Source: Marsupella aquatica
Lineage: Eukaryota; Plantae; Marchantiophyta
DNA length: 64,000 nucleotides
Reading direction: 5' to 3'
Assembly (NCBI GenBank): GCA_973895155.1
Contig: OZ316891.1
Location: 29,437,611 to 29,501,610, forward strand
In this document: piece after piece, positions 33,366 to 46,430 of the stretch
Numbering within the stretch: position 1 is the stretch's first letter
How the letters are laid out: each line of letters begins with the position of its first letter
Notes under the pieces: generated by a model
What the model was told of the DNA's origin: nothing
Databases searched by the model: none
The model's input: only the letters and a program-made list of their open reading frames with translations
Program-made: the position numbers and the translations under genes

Positions 33366-36300
33366 TGCATACGTAGATAAGTTCTGCCTTGTGGTGTAGT
33401 GCATACTGCACTTAGATGCGGTTCTTGTGTACTATTTCACCTTACTTGGTGGAAGTTTTCTGGTACGCAATCGTACCAAAATATATCCCAATGTCGGTTC
33501 TGTTACGGACAATGTGGTCGTGACCACGACATCGCCAAGAGTCGTAGCTTTCATTGCGAATGAGATTCTGCATGCATGCAGCATCATCAGGACACCATCG
33601 CCGTGATCTTTCGACATTTTTCTGATGCATGGTCAGCTACCCCTGGATAAAATCTCGAGTGTGTCAAAGAGAGTACTGAACTCTTCAAAACTTTCCAGAT
33701 AATGATAAACTTTGGATATGCGTATTGTAAGTGAGTGCTGAGCTGCTGCCTCTCAACCCCTTTAGGATTCAGGAAACAGAATTCAGCTCCAAACATGTAG
33801 AACTCGGCCGTCGTTTCCTTCGTTGCGAGTAATCTACAGAATTGCAAATTTGGAAACCATTGCCGTAATCTGTTAACGTTGTTGGGATGGATGCTTATCG
33901 AGCTGGCTCTAGCTTTCTCTAGTGTCTAGTGGTGCTGCAGTCATCAAGAAGAGTTAAACTTTACTGCAATTGGGCCACCGAAGCACATTTCATATTGAGC
34001 TACCTCTAGCTTCTCAATTGTCTATTGGTGTTGTTCTCTACCGTCACAAGAAAGGGAACAACTTTACTGAAACAGGGGCACCCCTTTCTCAGCAGCTTAC
34101 CCAAAAACGGGAGAAGACGGTACCAACGAAACCCTCATACCTTTCCAGATCACGACCAACGCTGTCTGCCTCGACAAGTAGTGTCGACCGAGTTCCGCAA
34201 GATCTGGAGCCGCGGGACCCAGTGCTAACTTTCAAATCTGTTCGTACTATGCAAGGGGTTGGGCTCCATCTCAACTTCTTTAATGTCAAGAGCCTCTCAA
34301 AAGCTTTCCAGATCATGAAATTTGGATGTCTGGACAAGTGTCGAAAGTGTTGAGCTCCAATGTACAACTTCCGCGACATGAGGAGGACGGGGACCCACTG
34401 ATTAAAAGGTATGCTCACAGCATTTAATCGTCGCGAAATTGTGTACTGAGTTGCCTCTCAACCTCGTTAGAGTCGAGACTCTTGAGTTGAGCTCGAATGT
34501 ACGGTGCTTGATGCTGCGAGGTCTGCAGATGGGTAACCTCTCCAACCTCGCCACATTCTATCCATTTCGAATTCGTAATTGAGTATTGAGCTACCTCTCA
34601 ACCTAAGTGGCGACAGAATTGAGCTATTTCAGGTCTGGAGCAGGGGCATCCGCTGTACAGGACATCCTCCCAACATTCAATCCTTCTTCTGATGCGTAAT
34701 TACGTAGTGGGCTGCCTCTTAACGTATTTAGCGCAAATCACCTCTCAATACTTTCCAGATCATGATGAACTTTGTGTGTCCTCACAAAACAGTATCGAAA
34801 GAGTTGACCTCCAGTGTGTGCAAAGTTCCGCGAGGTATGGAGCAGGGGCCCACTGTCCACACCACGGTAAATACACAAAAGTTTCTCGAGGTCTGGAGCG
34901 GAGGGACCCAATCCTGACTATGCCGCTTCGACAAGTGTCGAAAGGGTTGCGCTCAAATGTCACGCAGGGGGCCCATCGTACTTGGTTTCCTTCCCAATAT
35001 CCAATCCTCCACCACGACGCTGACGGCGTTCTCTACTGCAATTTATTTTGCAGCATCACATCCGTTGGATGGCAGAGAGGTGATTGACGTTGCACTTTGG
35101 ACCACAATGTAAAGTGGGTGCGTTTGGGTGCTCCTCGGTTCTCTCGTACTTATGGAGTTAAAGCAAGCCGGCAATCAGCCAAAAAGTATCATTACGAAGC
35201 AACTGGTATGGCAGACTGTCAAAACATCCCGTCACCGTGATGACGGCTGATTTAGAAAATGAAGGGCCGAACCTCAGGTCAAGATTCCAACACAACATAA
35301 GAAAACCAAGGACACTCAACAGTCTTTCGAATTTACGATAAGTTCAGACCAACGATCGTTACAACAGACACTATCATTCGCCACAACTAAGAGCCCAAAT
35401 AATTGTAATTTTTGTGATTATTTTGGGATCTTAGTCATCACAATTATAATCACAAAAATATCGTTGACGATAGGAGCAACTTCCGATAGCTCGCTCATGT
35501 CCAGAGACTACAACCTGCGAGCGATAATTCTCGCCCACATTGCAAACGCATCTCCTACCAAACGAAAGCAGGACTACAGTATAACTGACCTACACTGCAC
35601 TGAATGGTACCAGGTATTGTAATTAAGGGAAGCGGAACGTACAGTTTCTCCCCATCTAAAATGATTGAAAGAATGATTCACTTCAGATTGCGTCAAGCAT
35701 GTTTAGCTCAATGAAATATAATCTACAGAAAGAAGACCGTCAAGGAGCACCAGGTAGCTTCTTTCAAAGAATGCATGAATTAATGAATTACCCTGCTGAG
35801 GAAACTCACAGGCAACATTGTCAAATTCTCACAACGACCAAGACAGAAAGCTCATTCAGTGAGCCCTTCCCTTTGATGTCCCATACTTACATGCGAATCG
35901 CGAGGGCAACTACATCATCAATGTCATCACCGAAACTACTAGATTATGGGAGTACGTCCCCGACATTACACCAGTTTCTCGCCAACTACAGTTCAATTCC
36001 TGTACTACAGAAAATGTCTAGCAGAAGATTCGCTGGCATTGAAGTCCGCTGCCCAGAAAGTTTTTCCGTCGTGTAATAATGGCAGCTAGCTAAGTAGACG
36101 TACTGTAAACAGATCGACAACTGCCATCGATTGTAACGATTACAGAGTGTGTAGATACTACGAAAAAAAATTCAGCGTGAGTTGCACCGGTCAACGGCCT
36201 CTTTCTTGAGTTGAAATGGACCACGACATTTAACCGACGCTCTCCATTATCTTCTGCTCTCATGAAGACTGCATGCTGAGTAGCTTTGCGAGCAATTAAT

Positions 36301-36694
36301 CGGGGTGGGGGGTTCAGATAAGATCTATATTCACAAAGACGAATAATCTGATTGGTACAAGCTAGGGCTAACTACTCACTCTTCCAAGCGCTCTTCGTCC
36401 GCAACGTGCACATCGGTACAGACGCCAGTACAATTACTGTATAGCTCTCCCGAGCCGCTGAAACAAAATTGCTCCCCATCTGTCTCAAATGCTGCTGCAA
36501 GCACCGTGCAATCACTCCGGGTACCGCTTCCTTGCGCGATAATCTTCTCAGTGAGGAGCTCTCGGTGCATGCACTGTTTTGCGGACAAGGAGGAGACTTG
36601 TTTTAACAACAGTACGTAGGCCCGTCTCCGGTAATGGTAATTGTAGAAGAGAGATGGAACTAGGTGATGAAGGAGTATCCCATCCAAAATGGGA

Positions 36695-37681
36695 TTACTT
36701 CGCTAAACATTCATCTTCTCCAGTATCAACTCTACCTGATTTTCCTCCACCAGCAAGCATAGAAAGACTGCGCCCGAGCCTTCTCCAAGAGCTCTGACTC
36801 TGTAAACAATTGCCACTACTGTGAGTAAGATTCTCTGCTTCTGCAAGGGAGACGGGGTCCACGACGAAGGCCCCTTCAACCTCCATGTGGGAGATCCTAA
36901 CCGCCCCCAAGAGCCTCTCCGGAAGCTCATCTTCCGTCTGCCCCTCTATCAAGAACGCCAAGTCGACCGCCACAGAGGTGACATACCCCAAAGCGAGATG
37001 GAGGAGACCATTCGCTATGACGGAGGAACCAATGTCCACGTCAATCTCTAGGTAATACTCCCCCTTCATATAATTACACGTCAGTGCTTTCCCAAGAAGA
37101 CATGCCGCGTGATTCCCGCAAGCCGCTTTCACAATCCATGGCCCTCGCACAACTTTATTGATCATCTTCAGTCTGCTATTCCTGAACGCGTCGTCTTCAT
37201 GGATGAAGCGGTAAAGGAGAGAGCCATGCACGATCGGCTCCTCGGTCACGAAATAGAAGACGGCACTGTGGTGGTCCTTACCAGGAATCATCAAATTCAC
37301 AGCCAGGACGAACGCCTTGAGGGCCTCGCCGTGCGCATGTGCATCCTCTATGGCTCTCCTGACAACATTGTCCGGGTGGGCAAGGACATGCTCTAACTTG
37401 GCAGTGGACTTCAGCCAGTCCACGCCCAAGGGTCTGAAAATGGAATCCTCGACCGAGGGCATCTTGGTCTTCTTGGCAAAGTAACTCGGGCCCCGAATGT
37501 GGAAGAGATCCGAAGATGGCGCTCCCCATCCGCCTCGTCCAGTCTCCAAGTCCACTTCGTTGAGACTCGTCTCCTTGGTTATGATCTCCTTCCAGTCCAA
37601 TTTTCTGGACGGGCCGTCGTCTTCCTGTTTTCTCTCGAGCACCTCGTTCGTGCCACCGTTTTCCATCGACTCGACCGTCAT
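36695..37681 (-). CDS. EDR2-like protein (DUF1336/EDR2 C-terminal domain), 328 aa, single coding exon
   Basis: Motifs GWGAPSSDLFHIRGPSYF, DDAFRNSRLKMINKVVRGPWIVK, YLEIDVDIGSS and AFLIEGQTEDELPERLLGAVR. Confidence 0.92.
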   Translation of the reverse strand: MTVESMENGGTNEVLERKQEDDGPSRKLDWKEIITKETSLNEVDLETGRGGWGAPSSDLFHIRGPSYFAKKTKMPSVEDSIFRPLGVDWLKSTAKLEHVLAHPDNVVRRAIEDAHAHGEALKAFVLAVNLMIPGKDHHSAVFYFVTEEPIVHGSLLYRFIHEDDAFRNSRLKMINKVVRGPWIVKAACGNHAACLLGKALTCNYMKGEYYLEIDVDIGSSVIANGLLHLALGYVTSVAVDLAFLIEGQTEDELPERLLGAVRISHMEVEGAFVVDPVSLAEAENLTHSSGNCLQSQSSWRRLGRSLSMLAGGGKSGRVDTGEDECLAK

Positions 37682-39104
37682 TTCTCAAATCCACTTGTAA
37701 AATCCCCTTTCCCAACAACCTGACCACCCCGGAGAACGGAATAGAACCTACCCCTTCTCCCCCCAAACAAATGCCGCACAAAACAAAGACGTTCCCTGGC
37801 CGAGAGGACGAGACGATTAGAGGCGGAGAAAGGGAGGAAAACGTCAATAGTAAATATCCCTTAGTGTCTTTCTTTTCACAGCTGGATCTCTCCCCTGGCG
37901 ATCAAAGAGCGATTACTCCTTGGAGAAAAGATCGAAAAACGTTGTCACTGCAGGAGAATTCTTGAAATCGGACCTCGTCTCTACCCGTCCCTCGCACCTC
38001 CTACTAATCACTGGCAAATATCAAGAGAGTATGGAACTAAACATAGATCTAGTCAAACGTTGATTCCGACGATCATGCAATCTACCAACCGGGCCCCCTC
38101 CCCCTCTGCTTCCTATCTAGAAACATAACACAGAGTTCATGGCGATGGCAATAGCATGCGACTCTGGCAGTCGTTCTCCGCAAACCCTGAACAGCAGCAG
38201 CTATGGCAGGTGTTCTGACTTCCTCACGTCCCCACTACTTCCTCCTCCCTTCTCTCTGTTTCGCCCCTGCGCGTGTGTGCAGAACGCAGACAAAATGACG
38301 CCCTCTTCCTTCCACAATTCAAGCGACGACTCCCCGCTCAGTCGTTGCGACCTCCCTAATCCCCGTCCTCCGACCGCTCGTCCTTCCACTGCCAGGATGT
38401 GTTTCGCGATGCTCCTCTCCTCTTCCTCCTCCTCTCCTCCTCCTCCTCCTCTCCTCTTCCTCTGCTCCGTGCGCGCAGCTATAGATGCAGGCGTACCAGC
38501 AGCGACTGAACGCAGAACATGAGCCACCCACCCGTCAGTCTTGTACAAACTCGGACCGAATTCCACCACGCTCACAAACCAATAATGCAATTCACAATTC
38601 AATCCCCAAGCAGACTCTTCTCAAGCACCGTGATCCAGATAAGCTTCCTCCAGATAGCTTCTTCTCAAGACATGCAGCTCGTCGTCACTACTGAAGTTTC
38701 CTGCTTCTCCTTACCCACCCTCTGCACTGACGGACCGACGAAAGCTCCCAGAACGCCGATTGTTTTCAGCACATCGACACCTCCTCCTCCTCCTCCTCGC
38801 CCTGCCCCACCACGATTCCTGACGCTCAGTCGAGGAAACCTTCCGCGAAATGCACGCCCACAGCAGCGGACCCACTACACAGTGATTCACACTAGTCCTG
38901 CTTCACTGCTTCACTGCTTCCGCATTGATGTTGCTGAGGACGTCCACTCAATCGGACAGCCAGGCGTAACAGCGCATATTTCTGAACATTGGCAGGACTT
39001 TTGTAGCGTCATCGCGTCTCTCGACAGACGCAATCAAAGAGCTTCATGAGCACTAAACATATCTTCAATGGACAGGTGCCCTCTGCTGTTGCTCCTCTAC
39101 TTCA

Positions 39105-41000
39105 TCTACCATATACTATATACATGTTATTATTAAGTATAGGGTAATGCAGGTCTGGGCGCAGGGTTACTAGGCTGTACCCTTGCATCCGGAATATGAA
39201 AAAAAGTTGACCGACGGTAGACTATAGGAGCAGGTTACAGACTATAACCCAGCAGCCGGAAAGCTTCTTTGAATATTTCGGGAGCAAGTTACAGACTATA
39301 ACCCCAGCCCTGCCCTGCACGTAACTTTTGCCCAGAAAGAGGTTACCGGTTTAACTTTTCAGGAGAAGAGATTATGACTATAGCATAACCCCAGCCCTGC
39401 CCTACATGTAACTCTTGCCCAGAAAGAGGTTACCGGTTTAACTTTTCACGAGAAGAGATTATGACTATAGCAGGCCCCTGCAAAAATGGTAGGTTACAGA
39501 CTATAACCCCAGCCCTGCCCTGCACGTAACTCTTGCCCGGAAAGAGGTTACCGGTTTAACTTTTCAGAAGAAGAGATTATGACTATAGCAGGCCCCTGCA
39601 AAAATGGTTACACACCGATAACCTCTTCTCCTGACAAGATTTACATACTATAATACAAGGTTGCACCATTTTATAGAGTGGTCATTTTTCAAATTTGCAG
39701 TGTACTTTGAATGACAAACATAAAAACATGTAAGCAAAGATAAGGAATAAAGCAAAAAGAACATTTAATGTAAGGTGAATGAAAATAAAGGGCACGGTTT
39801 CCAAGTGAGATCACACAACACAAAGAAAATGAGGAGTGACTCTATCAATGCACTAGACTTCCCTTTACAAACTCAATAAAAAATGTGAATTAATAACAAC
39901 CCTTTACTAAAAATTTATTCTCCTGACAAAGTCGTCTGATCCATCCATACCCCTTTAAATCTCAATTGCCTCCTGACCAAGATGAAAATATAATTAAAAA
40001 AATTTAATTATTACAATTGGAATTTAAAAAATTGGATATAATTTTTAATTTTAGGAAAAACTTGAATATAAATAATTTTTATTTATTTATATCAATGTTA
40101 ATATACATTTATTTCTATCACTTGGTTGTGCTTGGACCTGCAAGCACTCGATGTTATCTCCCGTCTCCAATTTCTATGTGTAATGCACAGTTTATTGAAC
40201 ATCACCACAACTTTACCTTACCTTGATACCTTTACTCATCTCGCTAGTTTTTTCTCACATTGACATCTTTATCTCACCACAACCATTTTTTCTCACCCTC
40301 AACATTTTTTCTCTCCTGGATATCTTTTACTCATCTTTACATCTTTTTTTCACCTCACCATCTTTTCTCACCTCAACCTCTTACCTTTTTCTCACCTTGA
40401 CATATATATGCATCTCACTGCAACATCTTTCCCTCACTGCAACATTTTTTTCTCTCCCTCACATCTTTTTCTCATCTTAAATCTTTTCCTCGCCTTGACA
40501 TCTCTTTCTCTCATGAATTTCTTTTCACATTGACTTCTTTTCCTCACATCAACATCTCTTCTCTCATTCACATCTCTTCTCTCATTCACATCTCTTTCAC
40601 CTTGACATCTTTTCGTCACCTCAACATCTTTTCTGCAACACACGGGCATTGGGTTGTATAGAATAAAACAATAACTACCCAAAACTTGAGATGTAACCCT
40701 CATTTTCTCAAAGAAAAGGCAGCCAAGCCATTTCGTTGCCCCAAAGGGTCTTGGCATTGGGGCGACCAAAGCCAAGACAGTAAACTTCATGACATCTTGG
40801 GCGACACGACATCATTTTTCTTCACAACATCTTGGGCAACACAATATCTTTTTTCTTCATGACATCTTGGGCAACACAACACGGTTTTCCTTCATGACAT
40901 CTTTTCTCTTCACGATATCTTGGGCGACATAATCTCTTTTTTCTTCACAACATCTTGGGCGACACGACATCTTTTGTGCAACGCACGCGTATTGAGCTTG
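39105..41000 (+). mobile_element. Composite non-autonomous Helitron with several stacked 3' ends
   Basis: Candidate A|TC 5' end (tctaccatatactatatac) at a compositional boundary. Relic 3' ends at ~40180 (gtaatgcacagtttattgaac), ~40634-40656 (tgcaacacacgggcattgggttg) and 40976-41000 (gtgcaacgcacgcgtattgagcttg|t). CT-rich GACATC minisatellites lie between them. Confidence 0.55.
39233..39610. repeat. Tandem ~100-120 bp repeat, about 3 copies
   Basis: ccccagccctgccct.ca.gtaact.ttgccc.gaaagaggttaccggtttaacttttc...gagattatgactatagca repeated three times. Confidence 0.9.
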
Positions 41001-42421
41001 TACATACATAATAGATATATATATATATAATACTATATATTAGGACGTCTTAAAACACTGAATTTTTTAGATTTGATAATGCTAAGGATTGTTGTGGGTC
41101 GGGGCTACTGTCATGATTCATGATTGTCAGGCACCAAATGTGAGGCCTGACCAATCACTCCGGGAATAGTAAGAGGCCCTGAATTTTGCCAAAGCCCCAC
41201 AGGTCAAACCCAAATGTGAGGTCTGACCTGTCACTATGGGAAGGGTAAGAGGTCCTGAAGTTTGCGAAAAACCCAATTGCATATAGTGTGCTAGGACCCC
41301 AATCATATTTCTATACCCGAGATTTCTTTTGCCCCATTGACCCTGTTGCTGTGTGCCCAAGTGCCTTCCATGCTGCCTGTAAGGTCCTGTTTCTTTTATT
41401 ATATGAGACACCCTGTTATATATGTATATAATTATGATGGTGCCAAATAACAGAAATGCTGAATTGGGAGACAGGATCCAAAAGGCTGAAGACCCATGAA
41501 GGGGGAGAAGGAAAAGAGCACAAGAATGTGGGGGCACTGGTGACGTTTTTTTGGTCTTAGTTTCCTACTGTTTTTTTCAAACCATCACGAGGGAGAAGGG
41601 AAAGACCACTAGAATTTAGGGGAACTCGTGACTTTTTCTTTTCTTCCCTCTTTGTTTCATACTTTTTTTCAAATCCTCTACAAAAGTGCCTTTACAAGAA
41701 GTTGGGGGCACTAGTAACTTCTTTTTCAAAACCCTATGCTCTGGGCCGTTGCTCCTCTACTCAGCTTCTTTTTTTTCAAATCCTAAGCTCTTCAAAGATG
41801 GCCCTACAAGAAGTTGCCATCATTTGTGACTTTTTTTTCAAACCCTGTGCTCTGGGCTGTTGCTTCACTGCTCAACCTGTAATAAGGGTGGCTTTACAAG
41901 GCTGCCTGGGCCCATAGCTTGTTTTCATTAATTTTGAGAACTGTAATGAGTGGAAATTGCTGCAATTGGCTTTAAAAGAACTCACATTGAGATCATTTCG
42001 GATCCTGTTGGCAGGGCCACCGTCGTGATTGTTGTCCATGTACTGGGCCATGCTGCAGCCAGGCTCATGGACTACACAATCATATGCTGCTCATTACCTA
42101 GGAAAATTAATGTTTTTTACTTGCTTGCATGGGACGTCTTTGGTGCTCTTCAACCTATTTTTTTGCTTCACCCTGTTTTTGACCACTTCCTTGAGCTTGT
42201 GAAGGTTTTTGTGTACAATGGCAGCCTTATCCCCAGTTTCTCTCCTCACTGACTTCTTTGGACAATGGATATGAATTGCACTAGAGAGGGCTCGGACATT
42301 CACTATTCTCCATAGGGCCGAGGTGGTTTGTTTGAGGACCTTTAGTGAAAATATGTTACCCAAGAGAGTAAATCATGCATACTAAACTTCAATAGTGAAC
42401 TGTAATATAGATTGGGTACAA

Positions 42422-42656
42422 TCTATAACTCTAATAAGGGATCCCACCTTTTTTCATCCTTCGTCCCAATACAAAAAAGCTCTTGGGCGGGAAAGATACA
42501 CAGCCACTACATTTGATTGGTTGTTTTCCCTGACCATTGATGGAATAAATGTGCACCTCTAGCACATATGTGCTTCCCGCTGCCCCATAAATGCCCCGGA
42601 CCGACTCCCTATGGGCTGGCCTCCTTGCCCCGTGCAACGCACGGACATAGGGCTCG
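42422..42656 (+). mobile_element. Mini-Helitron (~235 bp)
   Basis: 5' end A|TCTATAACTCTAATAAG, hairpin ccgtgc-aac-gcacgg (42630-42644), terminal CTCG|T (a CTAG variant). Inserted between A and T with no TSD. Confidence 0.7.
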
Positions 42657-44444
42657 TAGGTCATGAGTAGTGGACTTTCATCACAAATTTTAGTATAGAT
42701 CACAAACTGCCCTTACCAAGGATGTTGAGTTGTGCCTGCTGTCTCTTTCTTTCCTTTTGGTGCCTTGAGGTAATAAGGTGGGTGCCCCACAAAAATGACC
42801 ACCTATGGTTTCACTGTACAGAATAGGCCATCAACAGTAGACTTCAATCACTAACCATAGCATAGATAACGTGGTAGAGTTCTATTGTGAATTATAATTG
42901 AGACAGATAGACTGCATATTCTACTAGGTCATGAATTGTAAACTTGAATCAGAATATGAAGAAAATGATGCTCCCATGGACCACTACGATGGTCTTTGGA
43001 AACCCCCCTAACCACATTTCCCAAAATATGAGTCTAATTATGATAACTTGATGTTCATAGATTGAAATATTTTTCAGTTTTGGGGATGTGCTAGAGTAGA
43101 TAAGTTACACTTCCATCAAAGTGAAAATGAATTTTTGGCCATTTTGGTTGAGTTCTTCAGCGTGGAATGCCAAGAGGTAAATTCTATTAGATTAATTTCC
43201 ATTATATTAATATGAAATCTACTCACTATAATATACAATCCCGCCTTTTTGTGCTCATCGTCTGCTTACAAAATCCACTTTTGGAGGGAACTCATTATGA
43301 CCATTGGATTTAAAACTTAAATTTTCCTGCCCATCAGATTTGTGTAAGGAAGAATAAAGAGTTTGTCCTAGCCTAAGGCACCGATGGGCTTCCATTCACA
43401 CCTAGACTCATACACAAACATCTAGAAAAAGATCATTGGGAATTGAATGTGAGTTCACATGTGGCTATCATGGGTAGATGGGTCTGACAAGAAAATCTAA
43501 GTAGACCCCACATGATTGCCCCATTCAAGTAAAGTAAAAGTATAGACAAAGTACAATACAAATTAAGTTGTGAGTTCAAAAGGGATGATTTATAGGAAAA
43601 TGGAAAAAAAATTAAGTCTACTAGGAGTAGATAAGAAAAATTGTTTTTTTTTTCTAATCTCTATAAAGTACTTTTTCCAAGTTACATTAACAATCCTATA
43701 TTCTTTATTGCAATAACCTTATTGACCAAAGACACAATGGCCTTAAGAATAAAATGGCCCCAACAACGAAAAGGCCAGAGTGATAAATGATTGTAACAAT
43801 GAAATGGTTGTAATGACAAATGTGCAATGCAAGTTAGGGCAATGGGTTTGTATATATGTCATATTTGAAATCACATTATAAAAAACTATCCCATCTCAAA
43901 GAGTTAGTGCAATCTACAAAAGTGGAAATGGAAGGAACAAACCAATACCATCACATATATTTCAATGATTTTGACACCCTTGGATTGAGTGAACAGGATC
44001 ACCTATATGGAAGTGAATACCATGGATATTTTTGCTTCTAAAGTAGGTATTTACAAAATACATGTGCTGGCTAAATACTTTCAAGAATGACATGTGCATT
44101 ACATTGGTATCAGATTTATTTTTGTTTTTTTGCTAAGGAGAAGAAAATTTTTCATTTTTCTGAAAGATCATCTATCTTTTGCTCCATGTTGTTTCTTCTT
44201 CTCTTTCTTAATCATGTTGGAAGGGGGAGGGAGGCTGCCAAAGAGCCAGGATGGGAGACTGAAAGGAGAGAAAGGAAGGGCACGGAAGAGGAGATTGAAG
44301 AAAAAAAGGAAAAAACATGAATTTCTCTCCCTCCATATAGCTGAGGGCAACCACACTTGACCCCATAACACCCCAGCCGTCGCCCCGTCTTGTGTTCCCT
44401 CCCATGCTCTCACCCTCTCCACAACATTGCTTTCACAATAGCAC

Positions 44445-45787
44445 CTTGGGACATACTTTGCCTCAATATCTTTGCCTCGACTTGACAAATTTTCTTGCCT
44501 TGACATATTTTTCTCATCTTGACATCTTTTTATCTCCTCAACGACTTTTTATCATATTGACATGTTTTCCCTCCTTGACATATTTACCTCACCTCAATGT
44601 TCTTTCAATCTCACATTGACATCATTTTTTCACCTCAACATCTTTCCTCTCCTTTACACATTTTCTCTCCTCAACATCTTTTATCATCTCAACATCCTTT
44701 TCTCACCTTGATATATTTCTTCTTGACATATTTTCTCTTTGACATCTTTTCCTCACCTCATCATCATATTCTCATTTTCACATTTTTTTCTCTCATGGAC
44801 ATGATTCCTCACCTTAATATCATTTTCTCACCTTGACATTTTTTCTCTCATTAATGTTTTCTAACCTCAACATTTTTTTCTCTCCTCGACATCTTTTTCT
44901 CACCTCAACGTCATTTTCTCATCTCAACATCTTTTCATCTCCTCGATATCTTTTCCTCACCTCAATGTCTTTTTCTCACCTCAACATCTTCTGGGCTATT
45001 TGTATATATATTCTGCCAAAATAATGAGACTTTCACATCCATAAACTATGACAATATTACTATGGTTTTTCACTGCAATTGTCTTACAAAATTTGACTTT
45101 TATCGTCCCAAAGAAAGCCTTGGAAGCAAAACAAAGAGGGGAGAGGCAAGGAGAAAGGGGGGCACATGGATGGGAAAAGAGGGAGGGAGAGGCTTCATCT
45201 TGCCCCTTCCGGTCGCAGGTAAGGGTGGAAAAAGTGTCAAGTTTATTTTCTCACCTCAAAATCTGTTGCTTTATTTTACAGTTTTTTCTGCTCAAAATCT
45301 TTTACTCTCCTTTGCACACGTTTTTCTTCTCAACATCTTTTGTTCACCTAGACATATTTTCTCCCCTCAATTTTTTTTCTCATCTCACCATCTATTTCTC
45401 TCCTCAACATCTTTTTTCTCCTCGACATATGTTTCTCACTTGGACATCTTTTCTCTCTTTGACATCTTTTTCTCTCCTCGACTTCTTTTATCACCTCAAA
45501 TCTTTTCCTCACCTCGACATCTTTTCTCTCCTTGACATCTTTATCACCTTGACATATTTTCTCTCCTCGACATCTTCTATCACCTCGACATCTTTTGCTC
45601 ACCTCAACATCTTTTCTCTCCTCGACATCTTTTATCACCTCGGTATCTTTTTCTCTCCTCGACATCTTTTGCTCACCTCAACATCTTTTCTCTCCTCGAC
45701 ATCTTTTATCACTTCGGTATCTTTTTCTCTCCTCGACATCTTTTATCACCGTGACATCTTTAGTGCAACGCACGGGCATTGGGCTAG
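44445..45787 (+). mobile_element. 3' part of a Helitron with two CT-rich minisatellite blocks
   Basis: Arrays of ctcacctcaacatctttt/ctctcctcgacatctttt, most homogeneous at ~45470-45760. Ends gtgcaacgcacgggcattgggCTAG|T at 45787, identical to the terminus at 4731. Confidence 0.8.
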
Positions 45788-45869
45788 TATAGTATAGTAC
45801 AGATAGGTAGAAATATAGTACAGACAGGTAGATGGCCCATTGTGATGTTTTTTCCTTTTAGTTTCGTTT

Positions 45870-46430
45870 TTGGTGCCCCTAGTGTCCAAGGGGGATCCCT
45901 CCTCAGCTCACACCGAGGTTCAAGTTGTGTACTCCGTGACGTTACCGAGGAGATTGGACTAACCACGGTCAATCGAGGGCTTCTGACTACGTCTGAGGTG
46001 GGTGTCCCGCCGGCACCGCGCCTTTCGATCTAGGACACCTGGCGACCAAGCGCCCCGGCGGGTCTGTTTCCTCTAGTCCTTCTGTGTCCGCCGCCGTCGT
46101 CGTCGTCGTCAGCTAGGGCGGCGTCGTCGTCTTCGCGACTGTACTTGCTACAGTGTTACAGACGTGCATAACTTCTGATCGTTTGTTTCCGATGACCTTC
46201 CGGTAGCCTTTCGAAGCAAGGCTTCTCTGCCCAAGGCGTTCTTCCCGGCAGGCTTTTCCGCGACTGGTGTCGGTGCTACGGCTTCCTGTCTTTCCGGTCA
46301 CAGGTTCTTCTCCCAATAACGTCCCGCGCACTTTCCTTCGTGGTACCAACTACTACAGGAGAGGGACGCCTTCAAGTCTTCAACGGCCCTCAAGTCTCGC
46401 ACTGCCCTCACAGAGTAGTCTGTCTTTGAA
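45870..46430. other. GC/CpG-rich block of unknown origin with many self-complementary segments
   Basis: Sharp compositional shift from AT-rich flanks, a (GTC)n run, and pairings ggtgtcc/ggacacc and cccgccgg/ccggcggg. Confidence 0.6.

Noticed and set aside
44392-45797. F/S/L/H-rich ORFs such as 45048-45797 (similar ones at 3984-4912 and 40223-40790)
   Set aside because: They are translation by-products of the stop-poor CT minisatellite.
45990-46065. Canonical HDV-like or hammerhead ribozyme
   Set aside because: P1/P2-like crossing helices exist, but I could not fit P3/L3 or J4/2, nor a complete CUGANGA...GAAA core with its stems.
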